Shown here: positions 10,438-20,459 of the stretch, piece by piece
Layout of the letters: each line of letters opens with the position of its first letter
How positions within the stretch are numbered: position 1 is the stretch's first letter
Assembly: GCA_965249275.1 (NCBI GenBank)
Contig: CBDFLQ010000007.1
Span: 864,001-928,000, forward strand
Length of the DNA: 64,000 bases
Source: Dehalococcoidia bacterium
GTDB taxonomy: Bacteria > Chloroflexota > Dehalococcoidia > Plut-88900
Reading direction: 5' to 3'
Position numbers and translations under genes: made by a program
Notes under the pieces: model-generated
Database searches by the model: none
The model's input: only the letters and a program-made list of their open reading frames with translations
What the model was told of the DNA's origin: nothing

Positions 10438-11022
10438 CTATTCGTTGTCGTACTTGGACTTGCTCTGGAAGTCGACTTTGGCGCCGGTCGCCATATCGAA
10501 ACGGCACCGCTCGATGTTGCTCAGGTCCTGGCCGTAGACGTGGATTTCCACCGTGGGCCGGGAGTCAGGATTGTCGATCTGGTGTATTTCGTCGATACCG
10601 GGGATGAGCAGGCTAACCTCGCCGGGCTTGGACACTGCATCCCGGTCTTTCTCCAACCGCCCGAAGCCAGGCCGATCTTCGTCGGAGTGCCACCGGAACC
10701 GGATCTCGTTGAGCGTGTTGTCCAGGACACCGATCATGCCCCAGACGTGGTGGTCATGCGGGTCGACATGGTCGCCCGGACCCCACACCTCCGCAGAGAC
10801 CAGCAGGATGTCGGAACGGTGGAGAAGGTACGAGCCGTGAATCCGACCGCCACCCTTGCTGGAAGGGACCCGATACTCCTGAGGTATGCAGTTCGGGTTG
10901 TTAATCAACCTCTCCAGGAAAGAAGAGCCTTTATCCAGCACTGCCGATTCATCAACGCCCTTAGACTGGAGTTCCCTAATGTCGTACACGAACTGGTCCA
11001 GAGTGTAACTGCTTGTAGCCAT
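10438..11022 (-). CDS. thiol dioxygenase (cysteine/3-mercaptopropionate dioxygenase-like cupin)
   Basis: WGPG..PHDH..WG, IHQI and IHVYG motifs (3-His triad). Confidence 0.8.
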   Translation of the reverse strand: MATSSYTLDQFVYDIRELQSKGVDESAVLDKGSSFLERLINNPNCIPQEYRVPSSKGGGRIHGSYLLHRSDILLVSAEVWGPGDHVDPHDHHVWGMIGVLDNTLNEIRFRWHSDEDRPGFGRLEKDRDAVSKPGEVSLLIPGIDEIHQIDNPDSRPTVEIHVYGQDLSNIERCRFDMATGAKVDFQSKSKYDNE

Positions 11023-11270
11023 GCGATTCCTCCCACTAACTTGCTTACGGCTGCATAGGCCATCTTATGCAATTGTACACGCTTTTGTGCTTCATCAACC
11101 AGCCAAGAGGTGAAAAGACGGCATGAAAACGCTAAAAATAGGCTCAGTTTTGCCCTACTAAATCGACCTGTTACAATAGTATTAGTATTGAATGGACGTT
11201 CCCGAATACTCCGTGCCCACAAAAAGAACTGGGTGTCCCGTGGAGACTGGAAGCATAGAAAGGATCGAAA

Positions 11271-12077
11271 ATGGCTAAGAGAAGATCCAGGTTTGTGCCC
11301 CCCAAGGGCGCCATGACCGTTAAAGAAGCCGCCGAATCCACGGGCTACAGCGTGGCCCGAATATCGAAACTGTTGGGTGAAAACAGGATAGTAGGCACTT
11401 TCAAAAGGAAGGGCCGGAGGCTTATCCCAACGCCCATAAAATTCCTCACGACCAAGGGTGAAGAGAAGCTACTCGACAAGGCTCAACGTGGAAAGTCCGA
11501 CTCGGTGGTCGACCCTAACGAAGTCCGGGTCACGGGTGAGAACTCCTTCATCCGCCTCGCCCCCTCCGAGGGCGCTGATTTCACTACGGTGATCAGCCAC
11601 TGGCGAGTCCTCTTCTCTCCAGCAGGCCCGGGCCACGCACTTTTCATGCGTTCGGACCTTACCGATGACAAGGTAGTCGCATACTCCGACAACGTTGCGC
11701 TGGCGCGGTGGTTGCAAGAAGAGATCGAATCCATGATCAATCCGCCTTTCGCCGACACTTCAGTACGGATAATTGAGGCGGAATTCGAGCGGGAAGGCGA
11801 CGTCCGATCCTACTCCACGGAGCGCATCGAATCTCGAGATGAGGACATTGCCCTCACCTGGTACGACACCATGACTCCCTTCGCGATACACGCACCGCCC
11901 GGGACTGGGGGCCGAAGCCACGGCGTCTACAGCATCATGACTCCTGCCCGTCGGGCCCAAGTGGTGATTAACGGTGAGTATGCGTCCGGTAATGCCCAGA
12001 CCGCCCAGCGCGACGGCACTCCATCCACCACGGCCTGCCTGGCCTGGTCTGAGTCCTGGGTCAGGCCGCGTACGTAG
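11271..12077 (+). CDS. hypothetical protein with N-terminal excisionase/MerR-like HTH
   Basis: MTVKEAAESTGYSVARISKLL HTH followed by ~190-aa domain of unknown function. Confidence 0.7.
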   Translation: MAKRRSRFVPPKGAMTVKEAAESTGYSVARISKLLGENRIVGTFKRKGRRLIPTPIKFLTTKGEEKLLDKAQRGKSDSVVDPNEVRVTGENSFIRLAPSEGADFTTVISHWRVLFSPAGPGHALFMRSDLTDDKVVAYSDNVALARWLQEEIESMINPPFADTSVRIIEAEFEREGDVRSYSTERIESRDEDIALTWYDTMTPFAIHAPPGTGGRSHGVYSIMTPARRAQVVINGEYASGNAQTAQRDGTPSTTACLAWSESWVRPRT

Positions 12078-12098
12078 GCCACACATGGTGGAAAACGT

Positions 12099-14051
12099 TT
12101 GGTGATGCCTCTCATACCTCGCAAGGTGTTGTTCGGCAACCCGGATAAGGCTTCGCCGCGTCTAAGCCCTGACGGTCTGCATATAGCTTTTCTGGCGCCT
12201 GTCGAGGGAGTCCTTAACGTCTGGGTAGGCCCAGCGTCGAACCCTATGGCAGCCGAGCCGCTGACGCGAGACTCCGGACGGGGTATCAGGCTCTACTTCT
12301 GGGCCTTTACCAACCGCCACGTAATCTACCTTCAGGACAAAGAAGGAGACGAGAACTGGCGCGTCTACACCGTAGAACTCGAATCTCGGGAAGTCCTAGA
12401 CCTCACGCCATTGGAGAATGTTCAAGCACAGGTCGTTGGAATCAGTTCTGATCATCCGGACGAGATAGTTGTCGGGCTGAACGACCGCAATCCCCAGTAC
12501 CACAACCTGTACAGGATCGACGTATACACGGGTGAGAGAACACTGCTCCAGCAAAACGACCGCTTTGCTGAGTTTCGCATTGACGATGATTATCGTGTGA
12601 GATTCGGAACGGTGATGACTCCCGACGGCGGCAGCGAGGTGTTCGAAGCGGATGGGCAGGGCCGGTGGGATACCTTCATGCAGGTGGGCATGGAGGATGC
12701 GCTCACAACAGCTCCAGTGGGTTTCGACAAGCCCGGTAGTACGCTCCATCTGATCGACTCCCGGTGCCGCAACACGGCAGCTATGGCCTCCATAGACCTC
12801 GACACCGGCGTCGAGACGGTCATCGCAGAGAGCGAACTGGCAGATGTGAGCGACGCCATGATCCACCCTGTGACCAATGCCATTGAGGCCGTCGCTTTCA
12901 CCCACCAGAGAAAAGAATGGCATGTTCTGGCCGAGTCGGTGTCCGAGGACTTGAATTTTCTCAAGCCAAAGGAGGATGGTGACGTCGAAGTAGTGAGCAG
13001 GACGCTGAAGGACGACATGTGGATAGTGGCCTATATGTTGGATGATGGCCCAGTCAAGTACCACCTCTACCACCGCTCCACCCGACAACTTGAATATCTG
13101 TTTTCCAACAATGCCGAACTGGAAACGGTGCCTCTCGCCAAGATGCAACCTGTGATCATTAAATCCAGGGACGGGCTAGACCTGGTGAGCTACTACTCTC
13201 TGCCGGCAGAGAGTCAAGGAAAGGACCCCCGATTCCCCACCCATCCCCTTCCCACCGTGCTGCTAGTACACGGAGGGCCCTGGGCACGGGCTGACTGGGG
13301 GTACGATCCCCATTCTCAATGGCTCGCTAACCGGGGCTATGCTGCGCTAGTAGTCAACTTCCGTGGTTCGACCGGCCTGGGCAAGAACTTCATTAACGCG
13401 GGAAATATGGAGTGGGGTCGCAAGATGCACGACGACCTGCTCGACGCGGTGAACTGGGCTATTGATTTCGGGGTAGCCGATCCCGAGAAGATTGCCGTGA
13501 TGGGAGGCAGTTACGGTGGCTACGCTGCATTGGCCAGTTTGACGATTACGCCTGATGTTTTCGCATGTGCAGTCGACATCGTCGGCCCATCCAACCTGAT
13601 AACGCTTCTGGAGTCGTTTCCGCCATATTGGCAGCCGATGATAGAGCTATTCACCAGCCGCGTCGGGGACCATAGGACTCCCGAGGGCCGAGCCTTGCTC
13701 CAGGAGAGGTCACCCCTCAGCTACGTGGACCGCATTAGGCAACCTTTGCTGATAGGCCAAGGCGCCAATGACCCTCGGGTCAAGGAAGCAGAATCTGCGC
13801 AGATCGTTCAAGCCATGGGCGAACGGAACATACCCGTCACATACGTCCTGTATCCCGACGAAGGGCATGGTTTCGCCCGGCCCGAAAACAGGCTCTCTTT
13901 CTACGCCATTGCCGAGGCGTTTTTGGCACAGCACCTCGGGGGCCGGTTCGAGGAAATTGGAGATGACTTAGCAGGGTCGTCAGCGTCAGTTAAGCAGGGC
14001 ATCCACGAAGTGTCGGGTGTCGCAGAGGCCCTTTCCAAACAAAAGGCGTAA
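12099..14051 (+). CDS. S9 family peptidase (acylaminoacyl peptidase/DPP)
   Basis: VHGGPW, GGSYGG nucleophile, DPRV, DEGHGF. Confidence 0.95.
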   Translation: MVMPLIPRKVLFGNPDKASPRLSPDGLHIAFLAPVEGVLNVWVGPASNPMAAEPLTRDSGRGIRLYFWAFTNRHVIYLQDKEGDENWRVYTVELESREVLDLTPLENVQAQVVGISSDHPDEIVVGLNDRNPQYHNLYRIDVYTGERTLLQQNDRFAEFRIDDDYRVRFGTVMTPDGGSEVFEADGQGRWDTFMQVGMEDALTTAPVGFDKPGSTLHLIDSRCRNTAAMASIDLDTGVETVIAESELADVSDAMIHPVTNAIEAVAFTHQRKEWHVLAESVSEDLNFLKPKEDGDVEVVSRTLKDDMWIVAYMLDDGPVKYHLYHRSTRQLEYLFSNNAELETVPLAKMQPVIIKSRDGLDLVSYYSLPAESQGKDPRFPTHPLPTVLLVHGGPWARADWGYDPHSQWLANRGYAALVVNFRGSTGLGKNFINAGNMEWGRKMHDDLLDAVNWAIDFGVADPEKIAVMGGSYGGYAALASLTITPDVFACAVDIVGPSNLITLLESFPPYWQPMIELFTSRVGDHRTPEGRALLQERSPLSYVDRIRQPLLIGQGANDPRVKEAESAQIVQAMGERNIPVTYVLYPDEGHGFARPENRLSFYAIAEAFLAQHLGGRFEEIGDDLAGSSASVKQGIHEVSGVAEALSKQKA

Positions 14052-14077
14052 CCGACGCTCGCAACGCTGGACACCCG

Positions 14078-15274
14078 CTACTTAAACAGCGCCTCCGGGT
14101 GCTCGATCAACTGCTTCAACCGGCGCAAGAAGGCGGAAGCCGGTGCGCCATCCACAACCTGGTGATCGACGGTCAGGCTCAGCGTCGCCGTCTCTCTCGC
14201 GACTATCTCATCACCGACGACTACAGCCTTTTTAGCGACTCTGCCTACTCCCAGGATCGCGCTCCGGCCCGGGTTGAGAAGGGGTGTGAACCCGTCAACA
14301 GTACCGAGAACCGTGAGTATGAATGTGCCGCCGGTCATTTCGTCGGCCTTTAGCTTGCCGTCTCGCGCCCGTCCGGATACGTCTTTTCTCTCGGATGCGA
14401 GCTCTTTCACGGTCTTTGCCTGCACGTTCTTGATGACGGGGACAATCAATCCCTCATTAAGGGCTACTGCTATTCCAATATCGACCTGGTCGAAGTAGTA
14501 CACCTTGCCGTCCGAGAGAACGGTGTTGAGCTGGGGGTTCTTGAGCAGGGCTTCGGCGCAGGCCTTCATGATGATGTCTGTCGCTGAGAGAGAGGCTTCG
14601 CTTCCTCGGGAATGTTCTCGGCGGAGGGCCGTGGCCTGTGTCATGTCCACGTCCAAGTGGAAAGAAAGCTGCGCCGCGTTGGACACGCTTCGGCGCATGT
14701 TGGTGGCGATGGCCTTCCGTATGCCGGCAAGGGGTACGATTCTGGAAGGAGTCGGGAGACCGGAGGGTAACACCGCCTTTTCGCTCTTCTCAGGTGAAGG
14801 GGCCGACGCCTGGCCTTCGGCGTAGGTCTTAACGTCAGCCTCTACGATACGACCTCCCGGCCGAGCCGGAGGCACCAGGGCGATATCTATTTCCAGCTTG
14901 GCCGCGAGTTTACGGGCGCTGGGCGCTGCCCTAACGTCCCCGCTAGCCTGAGTCCGGGTACCGCGCGTTGTGGTGGTAGACGCCGCGGTTGCAATTACGT
15001 CAACAGATTTCGGGGCAGGGGGCTCGGGTACGGACTCCCCTTCCTTCAGAATATGGGCGATGAGTTCCTCAATGGGGACTACGTCACCCTCGTTGACCAC
15101 GGGATGGAAAACCCCTGATTCAGGAGCTTCAAGCTCGTAGGAGATTTTCTCCGTGGTGATCTCTGCCAGGGGCTCGCCCTGCTGGACGGTGGAACCGGGA
15201 CCCTTGTGCCATTTGGCAAGAGTTCCCTCGGTCATAATCATCCCGAGCTGAGGCATTCGGATGGGGGTCGCCAT
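14078..15274 (-). CDS. dihydrolipoamide acyltransferase (E2)
   Basis: Lipoyl domain (TEKI), E3-binding domain (AAPSARKLA...GGRI), catalytic DHQVVDG. Confidence 0.92.
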   Translation of the reverse strand: MATPIRMPQLGMIMTEGTLAKWHKGPGSTVQQGEPLAEITTEKISYELEAPESGVFHPVVNEGDVVPIEELIAHILKEGESVPEPPAPKSVDVIATAASTTTTRGTRTQASGDVRAAPSARKLAAKLEIDIALVPPARPGGRIVEADVKTYAEGQASAPSPEKSEKAVLPSGLPTPSRIVPLAGIRKAIATNMRRSVSNAAQLSFHLDVDMTQATALRREHSRGSEASLSATDIIMKACAEALLKNPQLNTVLSDGKVYYFDQVDIGIAVALNEGLIVPVIKNVQAKTVKELASERKDVSGRARDGKLKADEMTGGTFILTVLGTVDGFTPLLNPGRSAILGVGRVAKKAVVVGDEIVARETATLSLTVDHQVVDGAPASAFLRRLKQLIEHPEALFK

Positions 15275-15301
15275 ATATCTCTCTACACCCGGAGTCCGGG
15301 G

Positions 15302-16363
15302 CTATTCCATCAACCCCTTGGCCGCCTCGACGATGGCGTCTTTTGAGGGGTTGTAGAGGCTTTCCAAGGCCCGGCTATAGGGGATCGGGGCGTGGGGTGG
15401 CGTGAGCCTTACCGGCGGAGCGTCCAGGTAGTCAAATGCCTGCTCTATAACCAGGGCCGAGATATCGCCAGATATGCCGCAGCGCGGATAGTCTTCATCT
15501 ACGATAATTACCCGCCGCGTCTTTTGCACCGAGGACAGAATCGTGTCTTCGTCCAGCGGCGACAGAGAGAGCACGTCCACGACTTCGGCGCTCACACCTG
15601 CCTTTTCCAACTCTCCGGCCGCGGCCATGCCCACCGCGGTAGTGTGCCCAATCCCGACTATGGTGACGTCTGTCCCCTCTTTCACCACATCCGCCTTACC
15701 TATCGGCACAATGTATGGCTCTTCCGGCACGTCGGAGCCTCTGAGGGGCTCAAAATCGAAGCCTTGGCTGCTCATGAGACGCTTGTGGATGAAGTAGATA
15801 ACCGGATCGTCGTCACGTATCGAGGCCGCCAGCAGGCCCTTGGCAGTGTACGGGTCCGACGGTACAACGCACTTAAGACCCGGGAAGTGAGTGAACACCG
15901 AATACAGCGTCTCCGAATGCTGTGCCGCCTGCCCGCCTCGGATGCCAATGCTAGTCAGGATAGTCAGAGGCAGCGTTACCTTACCCCCGAACATGTAATG
16001 CATCTTGGCTGCGTTGTTGGTTATCTGGTCGGCGCAGACACCGAAGAATCCGACGAACATAAGCTCAGCTATGGGCCGGAGGCCCGTGGCCGCCATTCCA
16101 ACCGCCGCGCCGATGAATCCTGTCTCGGAGATCGGTGTGTCCCGCACTCTTTCGGAACCGTACTTGGTGATCAGCCCTTTAGAATACCCGAAAGCACCAC
16201 CCCAAGCGTCTATTATGCCTTGATCCTCCTTGCCCGCACCGCCCGCTACATCCTCCCCCATAAAGATCACGGAGGGATCTCGACCCATCTCCTGGTCAAG
16301 GGTCTCGTTGAGAGCCCTCAGGTAGCTGATTCGCCGGTTGGATTTGACGCTGGTAGATGCCAT
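15302..16363 (-). CDS. 2-oxoacid/acetoin dehydrogenase E1 beta subunit (copy 2)
   Basis: GEDV, DTPISE, AAQHS, DYLDAP. Confidence 0.93.
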   Translation of the reverse strand: MASTSVKSNRRISYLRALNETLDQEMGRDPSVIFMGEDVAGGAGKEDQGIIDAWGGAFGYSKGLITKYGSERVRDTPISETGFIGAAVGMAATGLRPIAELMFVGFFGVCADQITNNAAKMHYMFGGKVTLPLTILTSIGIRGGQAAQHSETLYSVFTHFPGLKCVVPSDPYTAKGLLAASIRDDDPVIYFIHKRLMSSQGFDFEPLRGSDVPEEPYIVPIGKADVVKEGTDVTIVGIGHTTAVGMAAAGELEKAGVSAEVVDVLSLSPLDEDTILSSVQKTRRVIIVDEDYPRCGISGDISALVIEQAFDYLDAPPVRLTPPHAPIPYSRALESLYNPSKDAIVEAAKGLME

Positions 16364-17466
16364 TACGCCTCCAGGACCTCAACCGCAGCCTCTAATATTT
16401 TTTCCTTGGTCGGGGCAAAGAGGCGCTCCAACATGATGCTATAAGGCACTGGGGAATGAGGCGGGCACACTCTTCTCGGCGGTGCGTCCAGATAGTCGAA
16501 GGCCTTCTCACCTACAAGGGCGGAGATGTCGGTCGCCACGGAGCACCGAGGGTAGTCCTCGTCAGCGATCAATATCCGTCGAGTCTTTTTCACCGACGTC
16601 AAAACCGTCTCTTCGTCCATCGGAGAAATGGAAAGCAGGTCTATCACCTCGGCGTTAACACCCTGCCGTTCAAGGATGTCGGCGGCCTGCAGGCACAAGC
16701 CCGTCGTGTACCCGATCCCGACCATCGTAATGTCGTCACCCTGTCGGGCCACATTCGCCTTGCCTATCGGCACAACGTAAGGCTCTTCAGGCACGATCCA
16801 CTCCTCGGAGGGTCGGAGGCCTGCCCGAGTCCTGCCAAGGAGCAGTTTGTGGAGGAAGATCATGACCGGGTCGTCGTCCCGTATGGCAGCGGTCATCAGG
16901 CCCTTGGCCGTGTATGCGTCCGACGGGACTACGCACTTCAAGCCGGGAAAGTGGGCAAAAATCGAGTAAAGGCTCTCCGAATGCTGGGCCGCTGCTCCTG
17001 CCCCCGTTCCAATGTTCGTAATAATGGTGATGGGCAGGGTCACTTTTCCGCCGAACATATAGTGCATCTTCGCGGCGTTGTTGGTGATCTGGTCGGCACA
17101 GACTCCGTAGAAACCGACGAACATCAACTCCACGATCGGCCGCAGGCCCGTGGCCGCCGCCCCCACCCCCGCCCCGATGAAGCCCGTCTCCGAGATGGGT
17201 GCGTCGAGCACTCTCTGGGAACCGAACTTGCCGATCAGGCCCTTCGTCAGCTTAAACACACCTCCCCACGCATCTTCGAAACCCTGGTCCTTCTTGCCCG
17301 GCGCCCCCGCCACGTCCTCCCCGATCACTATGACCGACGGGTCTCGCTCCATCTCCTGAGCTATTGCTTCGTTGATGGACTGGACGAAGCTTATCCTGCT
17401 CCGTTCCGTAGTCTGTGTTTCAGCCGTTACCATACTGTTCACCTTTACCAGTAACTGCCCTGTCAA
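16363..17466 (-). CDS. 2-oxoacid/acetoin dehydrogenase E1 beta subunit (copy 1)
   Basis: GEDV, DAPISE, AAQHS, DYLDAP; real start may be a few codons later. Confidence 0.93.
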   Translation of the reverse strand: MTGQLLVKVNSMVTAETQTTERSRISFVQSINEAIAQEMERDPSVIVIGEDVAGAPGKKDQGFEDAWGGVFKLTKGLIGKFGSQRVLDAPISETGFIGAGVGAAATGLRPIVELMFVGFYGVCADQITNNAAKMHYMFGGKVTLPITIITNIGTGAGAAAQHSESLYSIFAHFPGLKCVVPSDAYTAKGLMTAAIRDDDPVMIFLHKLLLGRTRAGLRPSEEWIVPEEPYVVPIGKANVARQGDDITMVGIGYTTGLCLQAADILERQGVNAEVIDLLSISPMDEETVLTSVKKTRRILIADEDYPRCSVATDISALVGEKAFDYLDAPPRRVCPPHSPVPYSIMLERLFAPTKEKILEAAVEVLEA

Positions 17467-17472
17467 TTCTCC

Positions 17473-18456
17473 CTAGTAGCTCACGTACACGTCGGCCAGC
17501 AGTTCTTCAGGGTCAGGCCAAGGGCTGTCATCCGCGAATTGCACCGCTTCGTCCAACGACACCAATACTGATGAGTCGATCGACTCCAGTTCCTCCCCGG
17601 TACTCAGCTCCTCATCCAGCAACCTGGTCTTGTATGTGATTATGCAGTCCCGGCTGCGGTAGTATTCTTCCTCTTCCTTGGTGCGATACCGAGAGGTATC
17701 GTCAGCGCCGAAGTGGCCGTAATATCTGTAGGTCTTGGCCTCGATGATGCTCGGCCCCTCTCCGGCCCGAGCCCTCTTCACCGCCCTCTCCATAGCTGCG
17801 GAGACATCCAGCACATCCTGCCCATCCACCGTCTCTCCCACAATCCCGTAAGCTGAGGCCCGATTAGCCACCGACCCGCCTGCCAAAGAGTATTCAACGG
17901 GAGTGGATTCGGCGTAACGGTTGTTTTCGCAGACGAATATCACGCCCAGATTCCAGATGGCTGCCAGGTTCATGGTTTCGTGGAGTGCACCCTGATTGGC
18001 GCCCCCATCCCCGAAGAAAACGACGGCGACTTGGTCCGTGCCCCGTATCTTTGCGCTTAGAGCCGCACCCGCTGCCACAGGAACGTTGGACCCAATTACC
18101 CCGTTGGCTCCCAGCATCCCGACGCTCTTGTCGGCGATGTGCATGGTGCCGCCCTTGCCCTTGTTCGTCCCGGTGGCCTTACCCATAAGCTCGGCCATCA
18201 TCTCCTTCATGTCGACGCCTTTTGCCAAGCAGTGGTGATGACTTCTGTGATTACCCAACAGGTAGTCGTCCTTACGGAGATATCTGCAGATTCCTACGGC
18301 CACCGCCTCCTGGCCCACCGAGGAATGTATCCCTCCGACGGGCTTCCCTGCGTCGGCCTCACGCCGAGCCCTCTCCTCGAATTCCCGGATGGTGACCATC
18401 CCTTCGTAAAGGGATAGCGCCGTTTCTTTATCCGGCATGGCGTGAACTTCAGTCAT
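17473..18456 (-). CDS. 2-oxoacid/acetoin dehydrogenase E1 alpha subunit (AcoA-like)
   Basis: GQEA, GKGGTMH, GDG...NN TPP motif, TYRYYGH. Confidence 0.93.
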   Translation of the reverse strand: MTEVHAMPDKETALSLYEGMVTIREFEERARREADAGKPVGGIHSSVGQEAVAVGICRYLRKDDYLLGNHRSHHHCLAKGVDMKEMMAELMGKATGTNKGKGGTMHIADKSVGMLGANGVIGSNVPVAAGAALSAKIRGTDQVAVVFFGDGGANQGALHETMNLAAIWNLGVIFVCENNRYAESTPVEYSLAGGSVANRASAYGIVGETVDGQDVLDVSAAMERAVKRARAGEGPSIIEAKTYRYYGHFGADDTSRYRTKEEEEYYRSRDCIITYKTRLLDEELSTGEELESIDSSVLVSLDEAVQFADDSPWPDPEELLADVYVSY

Positions 18457-18625
18457 GGTGACACCTCGTCGCGGCTCGAATGCGAAACCTCCCGTCCTCC
18501 GATAGCCATCATACTTAGGCCGAATTTAGCCGTCAACAATCGCTCTCCATTCCCTAAGGCTAAACATTCCCTCTTACATAGGGGTGTACAATATAAGAAC
18601 AGATAATCATAGACCCGGAGGAACC

Positions 18626-18931
18626 ATGCGAATTGATGTGGTCACCATAGACGTCAAGCCGGAGTACCGGGAAAAATTCATCGCCGAGACCATACTCAAC
18701 GCCAAGGGTTCCGTTACCGAACCGGGCTGCTCCAGGTGGGAAGTGCTGGTAGACACGGACAACCCTACACGCTTCTATCTCTACGAGGTCTACGCGGACT
18801 CCAACGCCGAGGATGCACACATAAAGACCCCACACTTCCAGCGTTGGGAAAAGGCCACGGAGAACTGGTTCGCAACGCCCTACGAAGTTGCCGTCTGCAA
18901 CAGCGTATACCCTGAAGATGAGAAGTGGTAG
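18626..18931 (+). CDS. ABM-domain protein (LsrG/putative quinol monooxygenase-like)
   Basis: EPGC, FYLYEVY, HIKTPHF; GGAGG RBS before ATG. Confidence 0.85.
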   Translation: MRIDVVTIDVKPEYREKFIAETILNAKGSVTEPGCSRWEVLVDTDNPTRFYLYEVYADSNAEDAHIKTPHFQRWEKATENWFATPYEVAVCNSVYPEDEKW

Positions 18932-18975
18932 TCACATCTGGTTCGTTATGTTAAATACGTGCCCCGCAATTTAGT

Positions 18976-19449
18976 ATGGACTCGCAGACGCTTATTGATG
19001 CCATTGGAGGCCGCCGCTACCGGATTACTCACCCGCGCCGACGGGTGATCGCGAGCATAGCGGAGAAAGACACCAACTTCACAGCCGAAGAGCTCCACGC
19101 GGAGCTAAATGGTGTTGGAAGGGCCACGGTCTACCGGACGATAAAACTGCTGGTTGAGCAAGGCCTCCTTTGCAAGATAAGCCTCCCGGACGGATCGCCC
19201 CGTTACATGTTGACCATGAGCGGGCACCATCATCACCTCGTCTGCGTATCCTGTGGTCTCGTCTCCGAGTTCCACGAGTCGGAGATTGAGCAGCTTCTTT
19301 CTGAGTGGGAAGCCTCCGGCAAGGGCACAGTAGTCGGGCACCGGATTGAGGTGTACGTGGTGTGCACCGCCTGCCAGACGCGACTCGGGGGCCCTGCCAA
19401 CTTCCGAACCCTATTCCCCCACCCCGTCATATCTGATCAGGAGAACTAA
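18976..19449 (+). CDS. Fur family transcriptional regulator
   Basis: RATVYRT, HHHHLVCVSCG, CTAC. Confidence 0.92.
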   Translation: MDSQTLIDAIGGRRYRITHPRRRVIASIAEKDTNFTAEELHAELNGVGRATVYRTIKLLVEQGLLCKISLPDGSPRYMLTMSGHHHHLVCVSCGLVSEFHESEIEQLLSEWEASGKGTVVGHRIEVYVVCTACQTRLGGPANFRTLFPHPVISDQEN

Positions 19450-19511
19450 AAGGCGAATCTCGCTCTTTTGTCTCTCCGCATACCTTATTTCGACCCTTCC
19501 CAAGGAGCGTA

Positions 19512-20426
19512 ATGGACAAAGACCTGCTTTCCATGGCCGACCTCACCGGGCCCGAGGTCTGGGACCTTATGCACAGCGCTGTTGAGCTAAAAAAACAGCG
19601 CAATTCCCGCGTTCTTGAAGGCCGGGCCTTGGCCCTGGTCTTCGAGCTGCCCTCTCTTCGCACGAGAGCCAGCTTCGACGTAGGGATGCGGCAGCTGGGC
19701 GGCCAGTGCATCTACCTGTCTCCGCAGGAGATAGGGCTCGGGACGAGAGAGCCAGCGTCGGACGTGGCCCGCGTGCTGAGCCGTTACGTTGACGGCATAG
19801 TTGCCCGCACACGTCGGCACCAGACCGTCGTAGACTTGGCTAACTTCGCCTCGGTACCCGTGATCAATGGCCTTTCCGACGGTGAGCACCCGTGCCAGGT
19901 CCTCGCCGATCTGCTAACCATCTACGAACATAAGAGCAAGCTCGAGGGCCTAAACATCACCTATGTCGGCGACGGCAACAACATGGCGGCCAGCCTATCC
20001 CTGGGAGCAATGCTAGTCGGGGCTAACTTAACTATGGCAGCGCCCGAAGGCTATCTCCTTCCTCCCGAGACCGTCAGTACAATAAAGGAGCTCGGCGCCA
20101 AGAGTGGAGGAGTTTTCGACATTAACCCCGACCCCGCGCAGGCAGTGTCCGGCGCCGATGTTATCTACACTGACGTCTGGACAAGCATGGGCCAGGAGGC
20201 AGAATCAGAGCGGCGGCTGCGAGACTTTGCCGGATACCAAGTCAATGCTGAGCTTTTGTCTCATGTCGGCGATAACGCAATATTTATGCACCCGCTCCCT
20301 GCCCACCGCGGCGAGGAGGTATCCGACGAAGTAATGGAGCACCCCTGCTCCGTAGTCTTCGATCAGGCTGGAAACCGACTCCATGCCCAGAAAGCAGTGT
20401 TGGCGCGGCTTCTAGGCCAGTCTTAG
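19512..20426 (+). CDS. argF: ornithine carbamoyltransferase
   Basis: PSLRTR, HPCQ, DVWTSMGQE, HPLPAHRG. Confidence 0.92.
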   Translation: MDKDLLSMADLTGPEVWDLMHSAVELKKQRNSRVLEGRALALVFELPSLRTRASFDVGMRQLGGQCIYLSPQEIGLGTREPASDVARVLSRYVDGIVARTRRHQTVVDLANFASVPVINGLSDGEHPCQVLADLLTIYEHKSKLEGLNITYVGDGNNMAASLSLGAMLVGANLTMAAPEGYLLPPETVSTIKELGAKSGGVFDINPDPAQAVSGADVIYTDVWTSMGQEAESERRLRDFAGYQVNAELLSHVGDNAIFMHPLPAHRGEEVSDEVMEHPCSVVFDQAGNRLHAQKAVLARLLGQS

Positions 20427-20459
20427 TCCGGCAAGCGCTCTGGGAGTATTCACGTTCAG

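Noticed and set aside
15392-17454. Long plus-strand ORFs (350 and 332 aa) and similar antisense ORFs at 9358, 36168, 40145 and 48337
   Set aside because: Shadow frames opposite well-supported genes in GC-rich DNA, with no recognisable motifs
19512-20426. Non-ornithine transcarbamylase because of SLRT/HPLP/QAGNR variants
   Set aside because: The ornithine-binding DVWTSMG motif is intact; the variants alone are insufficient evidence
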